Shown here piece after piece: positions 27,090-40,723 of a stretch of DNA of 64,000 bases (position 1 is the stretch's first letter; every line of letters begins with the position of its first letter). A model generated the notes under the pieces. The model was not told the DNA's origin. It did no database searches and saw nothing but the letters and a program-made list of their open reading frames with translations. The stretch lies in NCBI GenBank assembly GCA_028023455.1, contig JAQFVV010000007.1:15562001-15626000 (forward strand). The letters are read 5' to 3'. The stretch comes from Epiperipatus broadwayi. Its lineage: Eukaryota; Animalia; Onychophora. The translations under genes were made by a program, and so were the position numbers.

Positions 27090-28570
27090 CACAAGTAAAT
27101 AAACTTTTAGCCGACATACTTATTAAATTAATTATATATTTGTGGTTTTAAAAATTGTTATATTTATATATTATTAAAAAAAAAAATACGCCAGCCATAT
27201 TTGACCTAGAGTAGGAAAAATTGCTACCTAGTAAAGATTGATCTCCCCTGCGAAGACTTGGAGCACCCCAAAGGTGGCAATTCCCCATAGGATTTAAAAT
27301 GACATTCTACTAACCTTTTGGCGTGAGAAAAAAAAATATATGTATGGTATAAATTAAAAAACATATTGATGCGAAAAGAATTTTGATTGCTGTCTGTTTA
27401 TTGTAAAATTGTTCAATTTCTTTCGATAAATCTAAAATGCGCTATTAAATCCCCCCCCTCCCCATTTCCCCCTCGTCCATCTTTTCGTTTATACCGAACA
27501 TCTTTTCCATCTCCCCATCCTTCCCCTCCTATTGCTAAACAGTGGAGAATTCTGATTATTCATATACTGTTATACTGATTTTTATCTTGTGGATAGTACT
27601 GTATATATTTGGGTTTTTTCCTTAGTGCTTTTGTTATATATTTCTGCTGGTTCAATTTGTAAATCAAAAAGGAGAAGCTGATGGAATTTATTTTAAGTCG
27701 CGACTGCTTTAAATGCTATAATTCTCACTTTTAGAGACGTGAAGGCTTTGGTTTTAATTCAAAGAAGTAATGAATACGTAAAATGTGTTTAGAATGTTGT
27801 AATGTAAAATTATAATAAACGCATAACCGATATTTACGTTAAATATTGTCAGAAGTTAAATATCGTATTCTTAAGGTAATTTGATAAATATATATAAAAT
27901 GAAATTTTAAATAAGTAAGTTATCTGAGGGTTTAATCAATTTGAATGAAACAAGCATTAAATTAAATAAATAATCGAATGGTTCTATTTATTGCTCGGGA
28001 ATTTCGTAACAAATTCGAATACCGGAAGTACCAGAACCGGAATATATTCGAGGACGTTGTGCTCTAGAGTCCACACTCCACTATTGCGCTAAATCACTTA
28101 AGGTAATAAATAGTACTGCTGTAGATTTGTTTGAAATTACAACTGAATTTCATATACGTTTCAGTCACATGACTTTAGAAAAAAAAATAGTTTCCATCCA
28201 CATAACTTAATTCGAACACCATCATCCGTCAGGCGAAAACAAATATGGTTTATTGCAAGTCAATAAGAAAAAAATAATGGATGTGTTTTACTTTACACAT
28301 TAATCTAGGAAATATAAACACACACCACACGAGGGTCTTTAGTCTCGTTTATTTGATATCTTTTAATACATGCAACAGAAATTTTTTTTTTTCGGAAAGA
28401 CTACAGTACCATGTATGTTGTATTAATAAAACTAAATAAATGTCAGCTCCAATCATTGGACGTAATGGTTTTTTTTTTTTACTATAGCTACTATATTACA
28501 TGAAAAAAATCAACTAATCGTATACATGCATTATTGGCTGTATTGAACGGTGCCAATAATCCACATAACA
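27090..28570. promoter_or_regulatory. CpG-retaining island, candidate (possibly bidirectional) promoter
   Basis: High CpG density relative to the flanks. ETS-type ccggaagt at 28022-28029 and ccggaa at 28037. A good plus-strand donor aag|gtaata at 28102/28103, and a purine/pyrimidine-biased tract at 27450-27530. Confidence 0.5.
27228..27288 (-). CDS. Candidate first coding segment of an unidentified minus-strand gene (MGNCHLWGAPSLRRGDQSLL)
   Basis: An ATG at 27288 follows a pyrimidine-rich acceptor (ttttttttctcacgccaaaag| near 27315). A possible donor G|gtagca lies at 27227. The MGNC start resembles N-myristoylation/palmitoylation signals. I recognised no homolog. Confidence 0.25.
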
Positions 28571-30043
28571 GCTACCCAACTTATATTAATCTTATAATGT
28601 CGATCTACTTGATGTCAAATTCAAATAAGTATTGCATATATATAACTATTCACACTGTAGTGGATTGATTATGGTTGAAAATGATGATGATGATAATCAC
28701 CATAAATTATTTTATTTTTACATTGCTATATGCTAATCAAAACAGAAACCAGATTTATATTATTAGAGACTTTAATTAAGAAGTCCAATATTTAAATATG
28801 TAATTAAGACACCTTAAAATAAATATAAATAAATCTGATTCTTCGGATCCAATCACTGTGTGCAACACATTTTTGTTTTCTTTTTTTTAACTATGATTTG
28901 CATGTTCTGTTGTGCTCTATCTTTAGTCATAATTTTTCAATGAAAGACTTCAATTTTAATTTCTTTAGGTCTATTTTAATTTATTAACTTCATGTGTCCA
29001 TTTTAATGAAGATATACTTTTGCAATAATAAATTTAAAAAATATATAGATTGATTTCATGGTTTTACCATCATGTTTTCGGAATATTAGGAAATATCCTT
29101 AAATGAAAAACTTACTAATGCCTTTATATTAAGAAATTAAATTTGCTGTGTTTTAATTAAAAAAGGCTTATATTTTTAATTCAGTATTGGTAAATGTAAA
29201 CCATAATCTCTGTAAATGTCTAATCCTTGTGGAATGACATTTGGCCTATCTGTGGTGAAGATCATACCATATCATAATTAAAACCGTTGTTTTTATTGTC
29301 AGAGTGATGTTACCAATTGAATCAGTTCTGATTAAGTTCAAACTAATTATCTGTTGGCTAATAGCATATCACCCATTTATCAAACAATAATTGATGGGTA
29401 CATCATTTGATTATAGTGGCAGCTATGGAAGAAAAACAAGCCTAAATTTGATTGTTTTTATACGGAAAAAATTGTCAAACTTTATCATGTCTCCTTCAGA
29501 AGGAAATAGGGATGTACAATGCTTTCCCTTAATAATTAAATCCCCCCCCCCCCCAAAAGATGAGATCTAGCATGTATGCATAATTGAAGTACATTAATTT
29601 TAATAATCCAATTAAAAACTGATATATTAAAAAAATGTACAAGTGCTATATTATTTACCTGCATCACAGCAAACATTTTCTTCTCTTGTAATCATAATTT
29701 ATACAAATATAAGCAAAAAAAACTTCAAATTTTTATTAATTATTAATCTTTTAAGAACCCTGTGTGGTTTAGCAAAATGTTAGGGTGTCAGATCGTGGAA
29801 TGTGGGGTCCTATAATTATTTCTAGGGAGGCCTTCTAGCACTTGAATTTCTTCTGAACTCTAAAGCAATTAAAGTCATTTGAATATTTTTTATTTAGGTA
29901 GTAAATACAAAAAAAATCTCTAAACATTTCTTGAAATTCATAAAATCTGTTAATCTGGTAAAACCAAACAGTGATATTATATTTATATGATCTCACATTT
30001 TATTTTACACCAAACTCAGCTGAGGTCGCTTTAATACTCTGTT

Positions 30044-30660
30044 TCATCATCATCAAAAGTGTTCATCACATGGAAAGGTCCAGAGAGTTGTCACATTATC
30101 AATTCATCCATTTTCCCACTTCATGCTCTTTACTGCTCAGCTCTTCAATTCCACGTAACTCTTCCCATCTCAATCATACAACAATGTCAATCTTTTTCAT
30201 CCTTTTTTTTTCTTCCACTTACCAATCCCATCAAAACATCTTTCATTAAACTATTCTTTTTTTTTTTAAACAATATATACTTAATCCAGTTCCTCTTTCT
30301 AATTTCCTCAATCAATTTTTTTTTTTAATTTACTATTTTCAAAACGTCTTCATTTGTTATTTTATTTATCCAATTGATTTTTCCCATTCTTCTCTAATGT
30401 CCATATCTCAAAGGCTTCCAATTTGTTCATAATTTTATTATCACTGCCCATGTTTTATAACCATACAATGTACACTCCACACATAGCAATTAATCTTTTT
30501 CTTAATTCTCTCTTCAAAGATCTAAAAAATAATTTCTTTCCCTTAATAAAAGCCTCCTTTTCCAGTGCTATTCTTCTTTTAACTTTATCTTCACTTCTTT
30601 CATCATCACTCAACAAACTATCCAAATATCTAAATCTCTTTATCTGTTTCATATAATATA
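30044..30660 (-). mobile_element. RTE-like LINE 3' fragment, second family
   Basis: Translates to KQIKRFRYLDSLLSDDERSEDKVKRRIALEKEAFIKGKKLFFRSLKRELRKRL. Ends in a (tga)n tail at 30044-30054. Confidence 0.8.
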
Positions 30661-32549
30661 AAAAATCATATAAAGTTAAGTTAATTTTTTTTTAAAAAAA
30701 AAAAAGTAAGACAATGTCTAATTGTCATTATTTTGCTTTGATTAATAAAAATAATTAGAGGAATGTGGAGAAAATAAATTTTATTCATTGAAATGTTTCT
30801 AAAAGGTTTCCCTTTTTTTTTTTTTTTTTTGACTGAATCTTTCTTATTTCATTAATAAATTTTATAAATTTAAAATATATTTGTCATTAATCCCACATTA
30901 ACAATATTTTGTGTGTGTATATATTGTAACGTTTATTTATATACGTTACAAGTATATTGGCATTTGGTAAAAGCTAAAAAAGTAAATTTAGATTTTTTTT
31001 GATTAGTATAATTTTTGTTAAAACGTGCAATGAAGGTTAAAATTGTCATTCTTATTTTTTTTTATCTAATTGGAAAGAATAAACTTACATACAGATTACT
31101 AATCCAGATAAATTAAAAGAATTCCAAAAGTATAAGCTAAAAGAAAAATATTTTAGCTAATTAAAGATGGAAGAATAATGCTAAAAAAAAGAGAGAACAT
31201 TGTAACTTAAATTTAAGAGAGAGTGTATAAGATTATTATCTTATACGCTGATAAAAAGACAAAAGAGTGTGCAGAAGTTCCAAAAATGGAGCGCGATATA
31301 AAAAGGAGATGACAACTTCAATCTGGGTCTTCTCTTTAACTTCTAGTTATGTCTCTGAAAGTTGGAGGTTTCCATGAGCATAACCTGTGGCAAGAAATAT
31401 ACTTCTACACAGGTATGCCCCTTGCTGTACCAAGCTGTCACGCAAGCATGGAACGGGACTTGTGAAGACCGCTTTTTGCAATAAAAGGGTCACTACAACC
31501 GTGCCTTTTCTCCAGCTATAGAACGGAACAATAATGGAAGATGCCGGCAGGAGAGACCAATGGAAATTCTCATGATCTGGGACCCCATAAACCTACATGA
31601 ACTTACCGGTAAGTTAAGAATAAATTTTCCTGATAGTGACTTAAAAGTTTGCAAACAATTATTTATCTAAGCTTAGACTACCATCCTGATATAGACTTTA
31701 CTTTCACATTCAAGGGACTTTCTTATAAAGAATTTTATACAAGATCTTGGAACATTATTAAATTGCGTTCATTATTTAATCTAACTGTTTTTGTTAATCG
31801 CTTCATTATCTGGATTAGCATGTGTGTACTTTCCAGTTTAGTTAATTCGTAATTTAACTTATAAATATTTTAGTTTGTTAGAATAAAAGAGATTATACTT
31901 TTATCAACCTTTTCATTGTGCGTTATTAATAGTAGTTATTATTTTTTATTATTAAATCTATTAGTAGTTTAATAAGATTTAAAAATGTAATTTACCTTTG
32001 CCAATATGTTTGAATAAGCCCAGGAATAATAATCTTAAAAAAATTAGTTCTCGTTACGGTATGATGCAATACCGATTAGTTTAAAAGCACTTTTTTTTCT
32101 GTTTAGTTTACGAGTTACAATATGTTTGACGCCGACTCAGTGGGTCTAACGACTCTGGCACCTTCATGTAGAAATTAAAAACTGAGTCAGCTCACGATTG
32201 TACTTAGCAATAATTCTAGGTCGAGTTGATCAGGAAATATAGCTATGTTTTTAGAATAGAAATATAACTTTCTTCTTTTTTGACATAGCTTGATCAGCTC
32301 ACGCGCAGTTTATATTAGCATGTAAGAGGCCTAGCAAAACGAAAAACGTTACAATATATATATATCATCTTCTGAAATATTATAAATGTTTTTTTATATT
32401 GCCAACAACAAATGAGTTCTCATGTCTTCAGCCTGAGTTTGGAAATTAAAAATTTTTTTTTTTTAAAAACTGAAAGTGTTATTAGCTTGAATAGTTCAGA
32501 GGAGTGAAATGAAAGGTGGTCACTATGTGCATTAATATCACCTTACAAT

Positions 32550-32730
32550 CTTAGTCTTCACTGACAAAGATTAAAGCCAGAATTAATTTATACAGGGATG
32601 GGGATTTTATAGGACTATTGTATGATATCCGTTGGTTGCTCCAACTTACAATAAATGACTCTAGAATAGGGCATAGATAACTGTCTTTCATGTTAATTGA
32701 TATATTAAAGGGATGTGTTCTTAATGGTAT
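32550..32730 (-). pseudogene. Possible Penelope-like GIY-YIG C-terminal remnant
   Basis: HPFNISI...ILESFIV...PSLYKLIL resembles the HxFDFxN...LILESxxI...LPxIY end of PLE ORFs. Confidence 0.3.
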
Positions 32731-32972
32731 TACTTGCAGCATGCCTTCGGCACATTCTGTAGTCTTCTCATTATTTGTGGTTATATCTAATATATATTTG
32801 CCTTTTAACATTTATTTAATGACAGAAATTGGAATTAAAATTATTAATTAAAAATAAAATCTGATGACGTAAGTATTATACAGATATTATACAAAATTAA
32901 ATATTGCCTTCTGCTATACTAGTAATAATAAAATAGAAAATTATATAACATTACAGCAATCGCCAAAAAAAA

Positions 32973-33137
32973 ACTTATTATTCTATCATGACCATGGTTT
33001 AATCTATTAAGAAATAGACCTTCTCAACTGAAATTTAATTAAATATTTTGTATATATATGTTGTTTGTATTTTGTTGAATTTTACTTGAGGTCTATTTGT
33101 TAATGAATTAAAACCATGGTCATGAGAGAATTTAAGT
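32973..33137. repeat. Fold-back element (about 45-bp arms)
   Basis: tcatgaccatggtttaatctattaagaaatagacct is inverted against aggtctatttgttaatgaattaaaaccatggtcatga. Confidence 0.8.
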
Positions 33138-36100
33138 AAAATTTTGTCTTTTTAACTAGTATTGTAATGTTATATGATTTCTATTTTAGATATAACATAA
33201 ATATCATGCGAAATTTTAACTTCAAAAGAGCCAAAAATGTCACTGATTGGTTGTATCATAATACAAAAAAAAAAACTGGCTCTATTATTGATTGGTCAAT
33301 TCTTTAGTCTCACACTTCGAGAATGAACTTTTTTTTTTTTATTATTTTGGAAAGAAAAGTTATCATTTATTTCTACATATTTATACTTATTTATAAAACA
33401 CATTTGTAAAATATTTATTTTAAACAAAAAAATACATGATTATTACAATTAGATTTTATTTGAAAATGATTGTTTATAAAAATGGTAAATGGAAGTTGAG
33501 ATTTATTGCTGAAAAAGAAATGCTTTTATTATTTGCTTTTTGATATCTAAACAAATATTTCATTTTATAAAAATGAAATTCAAATAAAAAATAATTTGTT
33601 CAATAATTTTTATAAATCTGTGAAGGCCATGATCCAATGTAAAAAGAGTCATTGTTATCATTATATATACACTTTAGTATTTCATTCTTCTATTTTGCAA
33701 AGTTCACGTATTATCTTTTAGAGTATCTTTCATTTGTAAATTTATATTTCTAATAAATAATGTAAAAAATTTTAAAATATGATGGATGGTGTAAAGGCTT
33801 AATTGCAAAAATAAAATGTTGCACATAAATGCCATTAGGGTTTTTCAAATTTAGAGTGGGGGATTTGGCATCTACTTATATGGTATGCATACAAATAGAG
33901 TGACAGATTCAATACTCTCAAGTGCCTCATTATTGTTGCTTGGTAATCTATTGCTTTTGCTTCTTAAATAAGAACTTAATGATAATATCAGCTTGCTTAT
34001 ATCTGTTTACCTAGATGTAGTAACAAAAATCTTACTTTAGTCAATTGGGGGAACTGATGTGTCCACCCTCATCAATCAATTTTTTGAACACCACATGATC
34101 TCTCAATCAATTCTGATTTGTTTCTAATTTTTTGTATTTGGTATGGAAACTTGTCCTGATCCAAAAGAAGTCAACTTTAAATCTGCTAAAGAAATAAAGA
34201 TTACACAAATAAAAACTGATTTGAAGCTAATATAAAATAGATAATATTATAGATAAAGTTAAATCAGCAGTCTGTCCTATTAATAATGAATTTCAATAAA
34301 CATTTTTTTTAAAATTTAAATAGCACCTAAAAAAATACAGTATTTATTTAATTAAAATAAGTACTCCAGATGCAACATTACTATTTCTAGATGAACCAAT
34401 TCCAGGAATTCAGATTCTTGACCAGAAAATGCAACTCTTCATGGGGCCTCTACAGTCATATCCAACCTCATTTGCATCACCTCTAGGCTAACACTAACCC
34501 TGTGAAAAAAGTGACAATGGTACTTTGGGAGTTATATTTCTATATGATTTATGTATAATAAAGTCTTCTTAGAATGGGAAGTTACATCACTTTATAATCA
34601 TGTTTTATTTTGTGATTATAGTATCCATATGATTCAGTTTATCTTGGAATTTATAGCCAATAAGTAATAATTGTTAGTAATCTATTTACCATCAAGTAAA
34701 TAAAAGTAACATATGGTTGTATTGTCCAGGAAATTGTAATATTGAGTTTCCCTAATGACAGAGTAGGTCTGTGATTCTTGATTTGTGTGCTCTAGAGGTT
34801 GCCTCTTTACCACTGCATCAAAGTACATAGAGCATTATCTCGTAATTGGATAGCATGAAGTTGGTTATGATCTTAGTGTGAAGAATGAATAAAATAAGTC
34901 AATAGAAGGAATTTACATGGCAGAAATATTTTTTCATATTTCACAATGAATTTACATTTAACACACAAAAAAATGTAATTAACCAAGCACCATTTAACAC
35001 TTTACTGAACTGGGCCTGAATCTTACCATCTTGTAATCCATCTTGAATAAAGCTTTAAAGAGAATTTTGGGGCATTCATAAGAATATATAATACTTCCAA
35101 TACCAGTGAAGAGTTTATAATTACATATAAATCTATTACAATCAGTACAGTTACATTCATCTGATTGACCAGTGCTTAGTTGTATTGTCTACAGGCCCAC
35201 TATTTGAAAAAAAGTTATAAACCTGCATGATCTTTATTTTGATGATTGATTCAAGCACTAAGTCACAGAATGGTAGGCAAGCATGTTAACTATTATTTTA
35301 CAAGATGTTTATGATAAAATCTTGATGTAATATAACATTTCTTTTCTACTTTTATCATCTACATTTAATGCAAATCAGATTTCTTGAAAAATCACATTAT
35401 TCAAAACATATGCAAATAGGATCAAGTTTATTCAAATCATATGCAAATAAGATAAAGTTTAACCATATTTTTAAAAGCTTTTATTTAACTTAGAAATTCA
35501 GTTTGTTTGTTTAGAAAAAGTTTGTAAATGAGATTTAATGGAATTCTACAAATGTTATAAATCGAAGACAATACAACATGGCAATAAAATAATTCATGTT
35601 GGCCCTTGGTTTGTTAACTGGCATGAATGACAATGGCAAGTGACATCAATGTAACTTTTTTTTTTTTACTTTTTAAAAAAGTTAGTTACAATTAAAATAG
35701 CAATTCCAAGTTTATGTGTACAGTATAATATCTACAAGTTAAATGAAGTAAATTTTATACATATTTTTATATTTATATTTTTGATTTTGCATTATATTTT
35801 TCCCAATTAAACAATTCAAGGACATTAAATATATGCATTTTAATGTCCCATTGAATAAACAGATCGTTTACTGGATATGGTTCTAGAACTGAGCTCATTT
35901 ATTGGATGAAAATCCTCAGAATACAGAATCTGCAAAATATTGTAAATGTTATATTTTAGTTAAATAAAATTCAATTCAGTGATATGAAAAAGTAGGAAAA
36001 CTAATTTTATTTCATTGTCTTATCTTTTTATCATTCTTTAACACAGAAGTAATCTTTTTTTTTCTCAAAATAATTTATTATAATTACATTATTACATTAG

Positions 36101-36199
36101 CAGTCATGATATTCTAACATATAGTTTTAAATTTAATTGTCTAGGCTGATCATGTTATCTTTTAATCATCAGTCTCTTTATCTCTTCACTATTGATGCA

Positions 36200-36800
36200 G
36201 TTGCTGTGTAGATCTTTGGAATATTTGATATGGTTTCATTTTTCTTCATTTGAAATTGCCACACTTTAGCCTTTTATTCTTGTCTGTCCCCTTTTAGGAG
36301 TATCCTACCATTGGTTAGGGACATGGTGATCTAAATCCAACATGTTCCGTGTCATAGAGAAAATGATCTCAGGGTTATTAGTTCATCTCTTGTTTTTGTT
36401 TGTTTTAATTTTTTCCACATGAAGGCAATAGAGTCAAATTTATCAGGATTAAGCACTAGCTTACATCTAGTAAGCCATATCAAATGATCTAGAATTAGTG
36501 TCAGTCTAATTTCTGGGTATCATCCCTTTGTGATACTGTCTTTCAGATTAGATAATTTAACTTTATCTACCTTGATCCAACTCATTAATGTTTTGTTGAG
36601 CTGTGTTACCTGAACATATCCACACCTGAAATGGTCTATGGTTTCATCTTCTCTTTTACAAATCATGCTGATTGATTCAATTCACGAGTACCCTCTTTTA
36701 TTAATCAAAAACTCATTAGTAGATAATGCATTGACATTGATTTTTATTAGATAATACAGATATTTGGATTCCAAGCTCCATCTTTTGAATCTGATCTTGA
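36200..36800 (-). pseudogene. Degraded RLE-type (R2/R4/NeSL-like) non-LTR retrotransposon C-terminus
   Basis: 36615-36660 translates to CKREDETIDHFRCGY, a CCHC zinc-knuckle ETxxH motif. Downstream are frameshifted RPD-like and YGLLDV remnants. Confidence 0.4.
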
Positions 36801-39800
36801 AGATCTGGATCGAAGTAAAAAGGTGCTGCCCAAGAGACTTACGAAAACATCTGGGATGCTTAACAGATTAACTGTTTTTTTTTTTTTAAAAAAAAATCCT
36901 AACTTGATTATCTGTAACTGATTATCTGTAAAAATTTTAGTTACAGAATGGCCATTATTTTAAATACTTTAGAAATGTGATGTCTGAAATAATACACATT
37001 TTAAATTTAGAATTAATAAAAGCTTTATAAAGACATTTTCAATACATCAGTCTATAAATATGTCCATTCAAAGCAAAATGTTTTAACAATCCATGTATAT
37101 GCAAATATTAGATTATGAAAAAAATGCAGATTAGACTACTTAGATGTATTAGGAATTATCTATAATTAAAAAAAAAAAAGGTTTATGTGAGATAAAATTT
37201 CATAATTCACATCTTGAAGGATGGGTGAACCTTTCTATCTTATTTTTTAATAAATACAAGTACATTTTATATACCTGGAGTCTAGATCTAATACTCGATT
37301 TGAACATAGATTATCAACAGGATCAATTGATTAGTGCTGGTTTAGCATGAAATACATATATTGGACAGCCTTTATCTTTTTTACATATGGGTGGTCATGT
37401 GTATCAGTTGTATGAGAGAGTGGATGGCTGAAGGAAGCTTGAAAGTCTGTGTACAAATCTTCTTATATTATGTCTATTTTTGTTTATGTGGTTTAAACTG
37501 CTACTCTGGCCTCCAAAGAGAAGTCATTTTTCTTCCAAGAAATAATAAAAAAATTTCTTTCCAACAAAAGCATTGTTATTCTATAACAAATTTGGTTAGT
37601 TCAAAATCAAAACATTCTATTTTAAATAATCGTTCTTGATTCAAGAAACTTCTCATTTTCCCACAAATCATATTCGATACTAACCAATTTCTCAAAATTG
37701 CATTCAATTAAGATACTTGGACCAGATTTTTCTACTTCTAAATCAAATTCAATTTCCATTTAATCTATTTGGAGGAATCTATCATCTACTTACATTGTTC
37801 AGATGCATAAACGTTTGAGTTACTTCACTATCAGTTTTTTATATTTGCACATTCTGTTTATCTTTAAAGATTTGATTAAAATGGCACTTTAAGTTCCTTT
37901 TCTTTTATTGCAAATAAACAATGGTATATTATCTCATGCAGAATCGTACAAGAAGTCTTTTGTTTTCCTAAACTTGTTTAATGGACTGAATGCATTTTTA
38001 AGAAAATAGTTAAAATAGCTACTACAATAACTATGCATATGACTTCAAACTAGATGTAAATAATTTCTAAATACCCATTTACTGATCAATATTGGATAGT
38101 TTGAAGTATTTTGTGAGTGATGTGATTGTGGGCAAGTCTTCCATTGCCGCAACTTAGATTCATATTTTGTCTGTGTTGAAAATTTTTTCAGTTTTATAGT
38201 TAGGTGTAGTCCCTCCCCCAACCACCTACATATTACCCCCAATCCCCCCACATGCGTGCATCTTTTTAGATGAACAGTAAAGATGAAGGCATTGACACTA
38301 AGTCATTCAAATGCATAATGGTTAAGATTTTAGATTTTTTATTCTTGTTTTTAGTTTCTAATTAAGAATATGTAGATATCTAATTACCAAGCAATATGGG
38401 TTAGTTAATAGAACCTTGTGGTGTAAGTAATAGTTCATAGACCATTTCCATGGATTTGAATCAACTGAACATAACTTGGATTTCTTTTTTAAGGATACAA
38501 TTAGATTTAAATCCATAATCAAGCTAATTCACCATCCAATATTGCTATTTTTCAATATTGTTTTTTTTTTTTTTTGTAGTTAGAGAGTAAATTAAGATGG
38601 CTAATTTTTAAAATGCGTAAGATCAGATAAAGATCCAACTTAGCACATTCTACCTTCTTTTTTCTTTAACTTATCTTTGTGAGGATGGTTGAAGGGGTTT
38701 TTTCCTGGCAATGGGATATTTATGAACTGTTTTACTCGTTTTTATCTATTTAATGTCTAGTTGGGTTATTATATGATACTTATCTACAATAAAAACCTAA
38801 ATCTTGTGTGGAATGTTTTAAAGTTTTATTTCTAGCCGTGTTCGAACTTCACAGATCATGAACTTAACAAGAAGTTTGAACATGATGTATGAATATAACA
38901 CTCAGCTAAAAGATGACGGAATTCATTGTCAGTTTTATTCATTATAAAAATCATTCATTAGCTAATGCTTTCAATCTTCATCCATGAAGCGAAGTTCTTT
39001 GTTTTATTAGTTACTTGTAAAAGACAAAATGTCTTTTTTTTTTTTTTGCAAGAACAGTAAATTGACAGCGCGATTGAATTTCTTATAGGAATGAGAATAA
39101 ATTGCGTTTAACATATTAATCTGCCTTCATTAAGTAATAAACTTTGTCAGCTATTTTTTGAACAGATTTTATATTTAAATGAAATTTTAAAGGCTTTATA
39201 ATTTTTTTTTAAATTCCTTTTTTTTTCTTTTCTCTAGTTGTTTGAAAAAAAATGTTCAAAATTTGATTATATTTGAGATGGAATAAAAATACTTAATTAC
39301 CGAAGACCAATATACCGAGCAATGATTCATAAAAGACAACTTTTCATATGTAATCTTGAAGATAAATGCTTTTATTATTGATGAATTTTTGAAAAAATGT
39401 TAACATCCGCTACACAAAAGAAACGCAACAAGATGGATAGCTGTGTATCTGATAGCATTAGATGGATGTGAGAGTATTTCTGTTCTTCTGCCACAGCTGC
39501 TACCCCGCTTGCAACTTAATATATATATATATATTTTAGATGACAAACTCTTATTAATTTGCCTTGAGCATAACATTTGTTTTTAATCTATTCTTTATCT
39601 TGATATATATGGGTTTTTTCCCCTCTTTTTTTTTTCTGGTCCATCAAACCTCATTTCACAAAACAAAGAAGATATGTTGAGATAAAATTATCAACTCCTG
39701 CAAAATGTATTGATTTTGAGAATAAATTAGAAAGATTTTGCTCACATAAGCTTAAATTTTTAAAGGATTAAGAAACAACTAAAGTGACAATAATGGATAA

Positions 39801-40444
39801 ACATTATAGAATTCTTTTTTATGTAGTTGGGAGCAGAAAATTGTTTATTATTCGGTTTCGTTATTAATCTGACCATTCAGTTAACTAATCATTAGGCCCT
39901 AAAAATAATGTTTGAATATTTATTACATACATATACGTATACACACTGCAGCCACTAGTTATTCCTAAGGGGTGTGGGGGCTGCTCTTAAGATAAGTTAA
40001 TTATAGAAATGTTATGTCTATATGAAAACATATACATATTTTTATTTCATTGTATATTTTTCAATCTTAGCTATACAGGTGCAGACAGACAATCTCCACT
40101 TATAATAGTCTGTTTTATGACAAAGATTTAATGGTCAAGGATTAAATATTTACTCTATAATGCGCTAAACAGTAGTAGAAATAATGTTTAATGCTATCAA
40201 ATGCGCTCAATATATAACACGTGTATATATTAAAAATATATATGTATTACTGAAATATATTTTTCAAAATTACAACAAACACACACATTTCAAACATATA
40301 GATAGCATATTTTCCTACATGTTTACAACCATATGTTTGAAATGAAAGGATGAAAATTAGTTCTAACTTCTAAAATATAACATTTAAATACATAAGTAAT
40401 ATATATATATTTGAATTTTTTTCTTTAAGAAGTATAATAACTAC

Positions 40445-40700
40445 TCTTTCTTATTGCATTGCCAATGTTTACCATATAATACTAAATTGTTCATTCACTT
40501 TATTACTGTTACACCAATGCTTTATCTACCACCCTTTTTTACAGTTTACAGTTTCGATTGCCCCAACAATCAGGTTCTGAAGAAGATTAAGATTGCTGGG
40601 GCAATCAAAACTGTAAACTGTAAAAAAGGGTGATGAATAAATTATGTAACAATAGTAAAGTGAATGGATAATTTAGTATTACAGTATATGGTATTTGAAT
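40445..40700. mobile_element. Family B fold-back element with hammerhead core
   Basis: Arms of about 110 bp (40461-40570 and 40592-40700). The plus strand at 40573-40619 reads GGTT-CTGAAGA-A-(GATTAA)-GATTG-CTGGGG-CAATC-AAAAC-T-GTA-AACT. Homologous to 60880-61160. Confidence 0.85.
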
Positions 40701-40723
40701 TTTTAATTATATGTTGGACTTGT

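Noticed and set aside
31340-31612. Gag zinc-knuckle-like CNK(K)GHY fragment and palindromic cttaccggtaag giving donor sites on both strands
   Set aside because: The knuckle needs a frameshift and no LTR or pol context is visible. The palindrome may be chance.
34030-34500. LLFLDEPIPG (ABC Walker B-like) on plus, and ERSCG...GGHISSPN (CUB-like) on minus, with a 20-bp match to 25572-25592
   Set aside because: Short isolated motif matches with stops or frameshifts and no flanking domain sequence.
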